Part shown: in pieces, positions 1-7,770 of the stretch
How the letters are laid out: every line of letters begins with the position of its first letter
Position numbering within the stretch: position 1 is the stretch's first letter
Assembly (NCBI GenBank): GCA_018698675.1
Contig: JABIPA010000063.1
Coordinates: 20,851 to 84,850, forward strand
Reading direction: 5' to 3'
DNA from: a bacterium
GTDB lineage: Bacteria > Margulisbacteria > Marinamargulisbacteria > JABIPA01
DNA: 64,000 nucleotides
Translations under genes and position numbers: made by a program
Notes under the pieces: generated by a model
What the model was told of the DNA's origin: nothing
Seen by the model: only the letters and a program-made list of their open reading frames with translations
The model's database searches: none

Positions 1-100
1 AGCAACATTCACCAATAGAAATTAATTTTCATAGTAATGTTATTTTCAAAAAAGAGACTACCTCTTACGTAGAGAAAGATACTTTGAAAACAGGTATTTA

Positions 101-853
101 TTGGATTATGATTGCGAAGAACCTGATGATTTGTCTCAGAAAAATAGCGTGTCTAGGCTAAGTATGTCAGTGTCGTCTGATAGTTTGTCTCGTTTTGCTG
201 GCTCACGACAACATTCGTTGGATTCATTGACCAGTGTTAGCAGTGGGTCTCCTAATTCTCCCAAATCGGTAGACTATTTTAAAACCACAGGAAAATCGGT
301 TGTTGGATGGACAGTTAAAAGAAATTTAATTCCTAAAACGACTAGTTTGAATAGTTTGTCTACTCGTGAAGTAACTGCTTTTTCAGGAGTTACGGATGCC
401 AGCTTGTTTAAAAGAGTTGGATCCTTTTTTGATATAGGAATTGGTGAAAATTCAAAAAAGACCAGGACAAGTTTGCTACTTAGAAAACATGTTGATATGG
501 ATCTCGCTCGTTGCTTTCGACATCAACGTGTGAGGGTTAGTTATTCTAATGATGTTTGTTCTGAAGATATGACAATGCGGCTTTATTTTAAGTCAAAAAG
601 AATGGACGACGTGTTAAATGTTTTAAACGAAAATATTAGTGATCATCCTGGCAAATGTGAAGACTTTTTTCCTGAAATTTTACCTACAATAGAGAACTCC
701 GGTTCATTAAAATATTCTCAAAATAGAGACATGCATACGGCAAGAGAAATACTTTTTTCTTACGAGCCAGATACCCCATTTAAGAAACAAATTGGCAGAG
801 AAAATTGGGAGACATTAAGAGACATCGTTTTCCAACAGATGTTGGAAAACTGA
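101..853 (+). CDS. hypothetical Ser-rich protein, no recognisable domain
   Basis: 250-codon ORF. It is TTG-initiated in the track, and the first in-frame ATG is codon 22. Convergent with the PAP2 gene. No motif recognised and the start is uncertain. Confidence 0.35.
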   Translation: MDYDCEEPDDLSQKNSVSRLSMSVSSDSLSRFAGSRQHSLDSLTSVSSGSPNSPKSVDYFKTTGKSVVGWTVKRNLIPKTTSLNSLSTREVTAFSGVTDASLFKRVGSFFDIGIGENSKKTRTSLLLRKHVDMDLARCFRHQRVRVSYSNDVCSEDMTMRLYFKSKRMDDVLNVLNENISDHPGKCEDFFPEILPTIENSGSLKYSQNRDMHTAREILFSYEPDTPFKKQIGRENWETLRDIVFQQMLEN

Positions 854-901
854 GAAAATAGGTATTGTTTCAAAATAACTTTTATTTTTGAAAGAGACTT
901 T

Positions 902-1894
902 TTATAACGCGGTTTTAACAGTAAGTCCGAAAGGCATTGCCGGATTCAATACACTAAATTCAAAATCGCGATTAAACACATTCGCAGTGGTAGAAATTGA
1001 TTTCAGACCATTTACGTCGTCCGTTACAATATCCGCAATCAACGTCCCAATTAATGCGCCCGCTAACATATCTGAAAACCAATGATTATGTCCTTCAAAA
1101 TGGGGTAGTACAGCCGCAGATACAATCGAATATCCTAACCACGGGTTATCGTACATATTGCTTATGACACGTCCTACCGAAAAGGCCATCGTAAAATGAA
1201 ATGATGGAAAAGCTGTTCCCGCTGTTGTCGGCACATAATAGATGGGGTGGAAATTAAAAAAGTCTAAAGGATTCCGAGTATAACCTTCTTCAACTTCATT
1301 TGTACTTAAACTTGGGTCGGGCCGATTTCTCGCAAACGCTGTTTTAAGAACCATGTGAGAATAGAAATATGAATAGATAATAGCTTTAGTTGCTTTAATG
1401 GCGGTAACTTGGCCATGATCGTTACCAAAGACAAGCGATGATGCATAAAGGCCTCCTAATCCAAGAAGGATGTATTCATCCGTTGGAGCCAAATGAGGAA
1501 ATAATTTTAAATCTGGAACATCATCTCTAAATAATGGATTTATTGTATTTTGCACGAATTCTGTCGCTGGAATATCTATGGCAATCGCGCCAGCCATTAT
1601 GCCAGCAAACGACAACATTTCGTTAGGATGAGAAAATGGGTAAGTAGCAATGGATACCATGTCAGAAGAAATAGAATTAAATTCCTCTACCAATATGGAG
1701 ACACTGTTTGTTCGATTTTTATTTATATCATCTGACATCGTTAATTTCGAATTAGCTTGAATAAACGATTGGTTAAAAGTAACTATTGATAAAAGAATCA
1801 CTAGTAGTAAGTTTCTTTTAGATTTATTAGAGAATGTCGTATTTTTCATATCGAAAAGTATATCTAAAAAATAGGTAGATTGATATATTGCCAT
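902..1894 (-). CDS. PAP2-family (type 2 phosphatidic acid phosphatase-like) membrane/secreted phosphatase
   Basis: All three PAP2 motifs are present in order: KTAFARNRPD (KxxxxxxRP), FPSFH (PSGH variant) and EGHNHWFSDMLAG (SRxxxxxHxxxD-like). The true start may be the internal ATG at 1849, which gives MKNTTFSNKSKRNLLLVILL, a signal-peptide-like N-terminus. Confidence 0.75.
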   Translation of the reverse strand: MAIYQSTYFLDILFDMKNTTFSNKSKRNLLLVILLSIVTFNQSFIQANSKLTMSDDINKNRTNSVSILVEEFNSISSDMVSIATYPFSHPNEMLSFAGIMAGAIAIDIPATEFVQNTINPLFRDDVPDLKLFPHLAPTDEYILLGLGGLYASSLVFGNDHGQVTAIKATKAIIYSYFYSHMVLKTAFARNRPDPSLSTNEVEEGYTRNPLDFFNFHPIYYVPTTAGTAFPSFHFTMAFSVGRVISNMYDNPWLGYSIVSAAVLPHFEGHNHWFSDMLAGALIGTLIADIVTDDVNGLKSISTTANVFNRDFEFSVLNPAMPFGLTVKTAL

Positions 1895-1929
1895 CCCGAT
1901 TGAACCTGACTATAATAATAGACCTATTT

Positions 1930-2006
1930 GGTGGACGTAGCTCAGTTGGTAGAGCCCCGGATTGTGATTCCGGTGGTCGTGGGTTCAAGCCCCATCGTTC
2001 ACCCCA
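1930..2006 (+). tRNA. tRNA-His (anticodon GTG) with genome-encoded G-1 and CCA
   Basis: The cloverleaf can be folded by hand. Acceptor stem GTGGACG/CGTTCAC, D arm GCTC/GAGC, anticodon stem CCGGA/TCCGG with loop TTGTGAT, and T arm GTGGG-TTCAAGC-CCCAT. The extra 5' G faces C73, followed by CCA. This is diagnostic for tRNA-His. Confidence 0.95.
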
Positions 2007-2018
2007 TTTATATACCTT

Positions 2019-3161
2019 ATGAATTCCTTAAATAATATTTTAGTCTTAGGTTTAATTACATGTTTTTTGATGTGTATTTTTTTAATTGGTTTTTTTATTT
2101 ATAAAATGAACCAAATGACCCGTTTATTTGAAGCATTAAATAGAAAAAATAAAGAACGATACGAAAGCTTACAAGCTCAATTAAATGCGGACACACAGAA
2201 TTTGAATCACAATTTAAAAAGTCAGAGAGAAGAACTGATATCTACGCTTACACAATTTCAAACAATTAACAGCCAACATTCCGAGAAGTTTAGGGACATT
2301 ATGACAACTCATTTTAATCAGCTGTTTCAATTGGTTACCAATAAATTACACGAAACAATCGATAAAAAACTTGGAGAGTCTTTTATGTCGGTTAGTAGCC
2401 GCTTAGACCTCGTTCATCGCGGGCTAGGAGAAATGCAAAATCTAGCTAAAAGTGTGAGTGATATCAAAAATGTATTTCAAAATGTTAAAGCAAAAGGGAT
2501 GTGGGGTGAAGTTCAACTAGAGTCATTGTTGGCTCAGTTCTTGGCTCCAGGTCAATTTAAGAAAAATGTAAATATTAATCCAAGAACATCTGAATTTATT
2601 GAGTTTGTCGTGTTATTTCCGGGCCAGCATGACATGGTAATGTTGCCAATTGACGCAAAATTTCCTCACCGAAGTTATGAAAAAATAATTGAAGCAGATT
2701 CAAAAGGAACAGCTAAAGATCGTGAACAAGCAAGGGCATCATTACGACTCAGAATTGTAGATGAAGCCAAACGAATTAAACAAAAGTATATTGTTCCTCC
2801 TACAACAACCGATTTTGCAATTTTATTTTTACCGCTTGAGAGTTTGTATTTGGAAGTGATCCAGATTCCAGGCTTAGTACAAGACCTTCAGCAGTCCTAC
2901 CAAGTCATTGTTTCTGGGCCTACAACACTTATGGCACTTCTTCATAGTCTGCAAGTAGGGTTTAAAACAATAGCTGTAGAGAAGCGATCTGCGGAGATTA
3001 GAGACTTGCTTGTGAAAGTTAAATCAGATTTTCAAAATTTTGGGCTTATTATCGAAAAAACGCATAAGAAAATTGAAGAAGCAGGCGATAATCTAAATTT
3101 GGCGTCAAAGAAAACGAAACAGATGTCTGAGAATTTTGCACACGTCGAATGGATCGAATAG
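2019..3161 (+). CDS. rmuC: DNA recombination protein RmuC
   Basis: N-terminal TM helix, a long coiled-coil region, then the RmuC nuclease-like core (GMWGEVQLESLLAQFLAPGQF, FVVLFPG, LPIDAKFP, FAILFLPLESLY). Confidence 0.85.
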   Translation: MNSLNNILVLGLITCFLMCIFLIGFFIYKMNQMTRLFEALNRKNKERYESLQAQLNADTQNLNHNLKSQREELISTLTQFQTINSQHSEKFRDIMTTHFNQLFQLVTNKLHETIDKKLGESFMSVSSRLDLVHRGLGEMQNLAKSVSDIKNVFQNVKAKGMWGEVQLESLLAQFLAPGQFKKNVNINPRTSEFIEFVVLFPGQHDMVMLPIDAKFPHRSYEKIIEADSKGTAKDREQARASLRLRIVDEAKRIKQKYIVPPTTTDFAILFLPLESLYLEVIQIPGLVQDLQQSYQVIVSGPTTLMALLHSLQVGFKTIAVEKRSAEIRDLLVKVKSDFQNFGLIIEKTHKKIEEAGDNLNLASKKTKQMSENFAHVEWIE

Positions 3162-4781
3162 TTAGTTAGAAAAGTTAAGAAAAGGCCGCTTCTTAGCGCG
3201 TTCGAAAAGCCATGCTTCGAATTTAGGCTTAAAGTTAAATAAGTGTTTGCTAAACGCTCCTTCGGGTTCCGAATCAAATTTCACCATAAATTTATTAATA
3301 TACGGTAAGATTTCGTCCAAAACAGGATGTCCTTTTTCTACAAAACCTTTTGAAATTAATTTATCCGCACGTTCATCTTTAAAAATAATAACTAAGTATC
3401 CATGTTTTTGGAGGTGAGATCTCTCATCGAAAATTGATGATGTTGGTTTATAGAGTTGAGCGCCATCCAGAAGTGTTTGGTCTATAATTGCTGTAGTTTT
3501 CTTTGTCAGAGTCCCTTTTTCCAAGGAAACACTATCTCCATTTTCAAGAATGTAAATCGACGATTCATCAATACCTGATTCGACACCGATAGCTCTATGT
3601 TTTAGCAAATGTGTATACTCGCCATGAACCGGTATGAAGTATTTTGGTTTGACGATTGAAAGTAGTTTTAATAAATCTTTTTCGTATCCGTGACCGGAGA
3701 CATGAAAAAGACCTTTGTTTCCATCAAATACTTTGATTTGTCGTTTGGCTAGCTGGTTTAAAATTTTATTTACATTATGTTCATTTCCAGGAACCGTTTT
3801 TGCAGAAATGATAATGGCGTCGTCTTTTTTAAGGTTTATGCCCTTGTCTCGAGAGAAAACGGATCGTGTCAGCATTGAATGTGGCTCGCCTTGAGATCCA
3901 GTTGTAATAATTAACAGCTTTTCATCAGGAAGTTGACTGCTTTGACCAAAGGTTATCCTGTGCTCATATTTTGGGATGATTCCAGCTTCTTGAGCAATTT
4001 TTAGAGTATCAACAAGAGCAGCTCCCAACACGAGAACGTTTCTATTTAATTCTTTAGCAAGTTTGAAACATTGAATCACTCGATGAACATGAGATGCAAA
4101 AAGTGCGATGATAATTTTCCCTTTTATAGGTTTCGATTTTTCCAATAAATTTTGGTAAATAGATGATTCGGAAGGGGACGATCCTTTTGAATTTGCGTTG
4201 GTGCTGTCAGAGAGAAGGATATCTATTCCTTTTTCACTCAATTGTTCGATGGTTTCTAAATCGGTAGGTTGATTATCTACAGGGTCTGTATCTAATTTAA
4301 AATCTCCAGAATGAAGGATTCGTCCATTTTTATGCTCAATTAAAAAACTAAAGCAATTCGGAATGCTATGACAAACATGGATAGGGGTAATAGAAAACTC
4401 GCCACATTCTACCTTAGTTTTAGGAACGATGGGTACGAACTCAATTGAGCGCCAAAGGCTTCTGTACCTTAATTTTTGTTTAGCGATTGCAAGTGACAAT
4501 GGGCTGCCATAAAGAGGAGCCGAAATTTTTTGATATAAAAAAGGAAGACCACCCACATGATCTTCGTGACCGTGGGTTAAAAATACGCCACGAATTGGTT
4601 TTGTATAGGAGTCTAAGAAATTAATATGTGCTGTAACTTTTCTGATGCCATGCATATTTGGACTGGGAAACATCATTCCACAGTCGATGATAAAGGCTTC
4701 GTCTTGGCTTTCAATTAGGCACATATTGCGCCCAATTTCGCCAAGACCACCTAAAAAAATGATGCTAAGCGAGTCGCCCAT
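3162..4781 (-). CDS. rnj: ribonuclease J (metallo-beta-lactamase / beta-CASP RNase)
   Basis: N-terminus IIFLGGLGEIGRNMCLIE, the HxHxDH motif as LTHGHEDHVGG, beta-CASP region, and HVSGHGYEKDL near the C-terminal part. Starts 5 nt downstream of dapA. Confidence 0.9.
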   Translation of the reverse strand: MGDSLSIIFLGGLGEIGRNMCLIESQDEAFIIDCGMMFPSPNMHGIRKVTAHINFLDSYTKPIRGVFLTHGHEDHVGGLPFLYQKISAPLYGSPLSLAIAKQKLRYRSLWRSIEFVPIVPKTKVECGEFSITPIHVCHSIPNCFSFLIEHKNGRILHSGDFKLDTDPVDNQPTDLETIEQLSEKGIDILLSDSTNANSKGSSPSESSIYQNLLEKSKPIKGKIIIALFASHVHRVIQCFKLAKELNRNVLVLGAALVDTLKIAQEAGIIPKYEHRITFGQSSQLPDEKLLIITTGSQGEPHSMLTRSVFSRDKGINLKKDDAIIISAKTVPGNEHNVNKILNQLAKRQIKVFDGNKGLFHVSGHGYEKDLLKLLSIVKPKYFIPVHGEYTHLLKHRAIGVESGIDESSIYILENGDSVSLEKGTLTKKTTAIIDQTLLDGAQLYKPTSSIFDERSHLQKHGYLVIIFKDERADKLISKGFVEKGHPVLDEILPYINKFMVKFDSEPEGAFSKHLFNFKPKFEAWLFERAKKRPFLNFSN

Positions 4782-4786
4782 ACTAT

Positions 4787-5677
4787 TTATACGTTAACTA
4801 AAGGAATATCAGACGCTTCTAATAAAGCTCTTAATTTGACCTTTTCGTCGTGCGTCGCTTCTATTAATGGTAATCGTGGAATTCCCACTTCAAATCCCAT
4901 CATTACCATCGCTGCTTTTAATAGTATTGGATTAGAGGTTTCGAATAATCCTTTAAAAAGAGGATTCAAAAGAGCGGACATTGATTCCGCTTTATCGATA
5001 TCACCCTCATAAAATGAAAGTATCATTTCTTTCATAGGTAGCCCTGCTATATGACTTGCTACAGAAACAACACCATTTCCGCCTCGCTCAAGAATAGGAA
5101 CTGTAAGAGCATCGTCTCCTGAATAAATTAAAAAATCCTCGCCAGTTAATTCTCTGATTTTAGACACTTGAGCAAGATCTCCGCTCGCTTCTTTAACTCC
5201 GACAATGTTTTTAATTTCTGATAATCGTGCCATCGTTTCTGGTTCCATATTTACGCCAGTTCTTCCTGGAATGTTATACAAAAGAATAGGAAGAGCAGTA
5301 TTCCCAGCAATTGCTTTAAAGTGTAAATAAATACCTTCTTGAGTCGGTTTGTTGTAATAAGGAACAACTTGAAGAGAAGCCGCAACTCCATAAGACTCTG
5401 CTTTTTGAGTGGATGCGATAGCCGTAGCCGTACAATTAGATCCTGTTCCTGCCATAATTGGTACGTTTAATTCATGAACTAATACTTCAAATAAAAGAAA
5501 TTCTTCTTCGTGTGTAAGTGTTGGGCATTCACCAGTAGTACCGGACGCTAAGACACAATCCGTTCCATTTTTGATCAAATGTTTACCAAGAGTAACCGCC
5601 ATTTCGTAGTTTACCCTGTTATGTTCGTCAAAGGGTGTGATCATTGCTGTAATTAAATGGCCTAGGTTTACGCTCAT
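4787..5677 (-). CDS. dapA: 4-hydroxy-tetrahydrodipicolinate synthase
   Basis: MITPFDEHNRVNY, GTTGECPTLTHEEE, YNKPTQEGIYLHF and LYNIPGRTG are all typical DapA motifs. Start placed at ATG 5677 because a GGAGGA SD sits 7 nt upstream. The track ORF extends to 5737. Confidence 0.92.
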   Translation of the reverse strand: MSVNLGHLITAMITPFDEHNRVNYEMAVTLGKHLIKNGTDCVLASGTTGECPTLTHEEEFLLFEVLVHELNVPIMAGTGSNCTATAIASTQKAESYGVAASLQVVPYYNKPTQEGIYLHFKAIAGNTALPILLYNIPGRTGVNMEPETMARLSEIKNIVGVKEASGDLAQVSKIRELTGEDFLIYSGDDALTVPILERGGNGVVSVASHIAGLPMKEMILSFYEGDIDKAESMSALLNPLFKGLFETSNPILLKAAMVMMGFEVGIPRLPLIEATHDEKVKLRALLEASDIPLVNV

Positions 5678-6022
5678 GGTTTTTCCTCCAAGATTTCTAT
5701 TTTTGGGACGGGCCCAATTTTTGATAAAGAATAGCACAATCTAAGTTAAGATTAGAGGGGTAATTTGTTGATGGAGGAGATATTTTTAGTTATTGGGATG
5801 TATGTTTTTATTTTGAGAAAATTATTGGGTGGTTTTTATTAGTCTATCTCATATGAACTAACATAATGTTAACCATGTTAGTTATGAGATTAGATTTATG
5901 ATAGAGACTATACTGTAAGGATAATATTCCAAATACATACAAATAAGGAAGTAATTTCCATGAAATTTAGACGAAAACGTCATCTAATATTATTTAAATT
6001 TAACTATACTCATACTAAAATT

Positions 6023-6043
6023 TAATAGAAAAAGGGCTTTTTA
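6023..6043. repeat. 21-nt direct repeat, copy 1 (TAATAGAAAAAGGGCTTTTTA)
   Basis: Perfect 21/21 match to 7520-7540 in the same orientation. Lies about 75 nt beyond the stop of the lipoprotein gene 6117-7304. Confidence 0.8.
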
Positions 6044-6116
6044 AATTAACGGATTGTTAGTTTTTTAGGCCTAGTTTTTATTTTCATAATTACCCTTAAA
6101 TTTTCTGAAAATTGTA

Positions 6117-7304
6117 TTAAAGAGGTGTAGACTCCAAGTTCCCTTCTTCATCGAACACGCGTATATACATGATATCGTCAGATTTTGCTTCTAGATATGC
6201 GATTGGCGTCTCTAAATTTGTTGGCAAAAATAAATAGGATGAATACTCGTCATTTCTAATTTCACCAACAAACGTATAATCTCTATTTTTTATTGTTGTC
6301 ACGTTAAAAGAAAACTTCATTGTTTCCTCCTCAGAATAATATGACCCTGAATTAGAGTATACCCCTGTATAAGTAAGTTCAGTACTGAATTCAGGGTAGG
6401 TAACAACCCCATTTCCCATCATTACGGTATCGAGTTCTACTTCAGCCTTGTTATCAATTCTCGTCGAGGTAAATTCCATAACCAGGGAACTAGAAAAATA
6501 TGGGCTCCATAACTCTCTTGTATACTTTACCTGATTCACGCTTCCCCAGTTTTCCTCAACATAAGAAATACTCTCATTTATTGTGAAAGATGTCTTTCTT
6601 AAGTCTCCCGACGAATCATACAAATATTGGTCAGAATATTTTTTATCTGATGTTTCTCGTTCGACAAAATACTCGCAAGCATATAGAGACGATTCTGAAT
6701 AAGATGGATCTGAAAAAAATTCTGTAAAATCTGTCGAAGATGACTGACTATAAATATTATAGTGATTGTAATAATAGGTATTTCCGGTAGAGTAAAAGTC
6801 AAGAGGATCAAACTCTGTAGCCCTTGAACCTCCATGAAAGACATCGGCTCCTGGCGCATGAGAGTCCAGGATAGACATTCCTATCGACGTAAGCGTGTGT
6901 TCGGATTCAGACTGCTTTTGAAATCCATTTTGAGGCAATGGGCTCTCGCTGCCTTGACCAAAAGAGACGACTTCCCCACTTGTAGATGATATAAATGGAA
7001 AAAGCTTACCATTAAAAACTCTAGTCTGTGATCCAAGGCTCATTCCCTGAATAGAACTGGACGACAAATCACTTGAAGACGGATGACCAAAAAAAGAATG
7101 GGAACCTGAAATAACTTTTAAAGCCTCCCTCACAGATCCTAAATCTTTGGTTTCCTCTTCAGCTGGAGACTCAGATTCTAACTGAGAATTTCCCTCAGAT
7201 AAAATTTCCGACAATTTCGAACATCCTGACGATGCAACGAAAAAACAGGAAGAGAACATTAAAATTAAAAAAGACCTCAGAAATATATTTTTAACAAAAT
7301 TCAT
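6117..7304 (-). CDS. hypothetical lipoprotein
   Basis: Signal peptide with lipobox (LILMFSSCFFVASSGC). The mature part is Ser/Tyr-rich with no recognisable domain. Flanked by unusually long AT-rich intergenic regions of 380 and 466 nt. Confidence 0.7.
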   Translation of the reverse strand: MNFVKNIFLRSFLILMFSSCFFVASSGCSKLSEILSEGNSQLESESPAEEETKDLGSVREALKVISGSHSFFGHPSSSDLSSSSIQGMSLGSQTRVFNGKLFPFISSTSGEVVSFGQGSESPLPQNGFQKQSESEHTLTSIGMSILDSHAPGADVFHGGSRATEFDPLDFYSTGNTYYYNHYNIYSQSSSTDFTEFFSDPSYSESSLYACEYFVERETSDKKYSDQYLYDSSGDLRKTSFTINESISYVEENWGSVNQVKYTRELWSPYFSSSLVMEFTSTRIDNKAEVELDTVMMGNGVVTYPEFSTELTYTGVYSNSGSYYSEEETMKFSFNVTTIKNRDYTFVGEIRNDEYSSYLFLPTNLETPIAYLEAKSDDIMYIRVFDEEGNLESTPL

Positions 7305-7519
7305 ATTTAAACACCCCTTCGTTCATTGACCTGAACAAAATATATACACAACTTAACTCTATCCAAAGAACAATACCACGTAATATTATTTTTTTAAATA
7401 TGTAAAAAGCTACGTAAGGTAAGTTTGAAAAAATAAAATAAATAGAAAAATGCACAATCAGTAATGGATTTTATTCATCGTTTTTTTGATATTAATTGGT
7501 CTGTTTTTTCAATGTATTC

Positions 7520-7540
7520 TAATAGAAAAAGGGCTTTTTA
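7520..7540. repeat. 21-nt direct repeat, copy 2 (TAATAGAAAAAGGGCTTTTTA)
   Basis: Perfect match to 6023-6043. Lies about 215 nt upstream of the lipoprotein gene start. Confidence 0.8.
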
Positions 7541-7770
7541 TATTTTTAGTGTTTTTTGTACAACTATTTTATGGTCATCCTCTGAAATAGTTCATGATTT
7601 AAACATAATCATCTTTTTTCATTCACGGTTTAATCTCCTAAAAAAAAGGGAATTCCACAAAAGGTGATTACCAACAACTGACAAAAAAAGTATAGAAAGC
7701 TAAAATGAAATTAATTCACAATAGTTCCTTAATACTGACATACAATTAAAACCAAAGAGGATACATCCAG

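Noticed and set aside
888-1735. Plus-strand ORFs 888-1085 and 1550-1735
   Set aside because: Both are fully antisense to the motif-supported PAP2 gene and have no features of their own.
1895-2018. tRNA-His as an integration hotspot for a genomic island
   Set aside because: No integrase, no partial tRNA duplicate or att-like repeat of the tRNA 3' end is seen in the window, and the neighbouring genes are ordinary.
5678-5940. Lysine (L-box) riboswitch upstream of dapA
   Set aside because: I read the minus-strand leader and found none of the conserved L-box elements (AGAGGCGC start, GGGG/CCGAA-type junction motifs, TGGAGAGC end). Only a 5-bp TTGGG/CCCAA hairpin and the AT-rich palindrome are present.
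7464-7667. 67-aa ORF in the intergenic region upstream of giant paralogue A
   Set aside because: No SD, a Phe/Ile/Ser-rich translation typical of random AT-rich sequence, and it overlaps one copy of the 21-nt direct repeat. More likely non-coding promoter or leader DNA.
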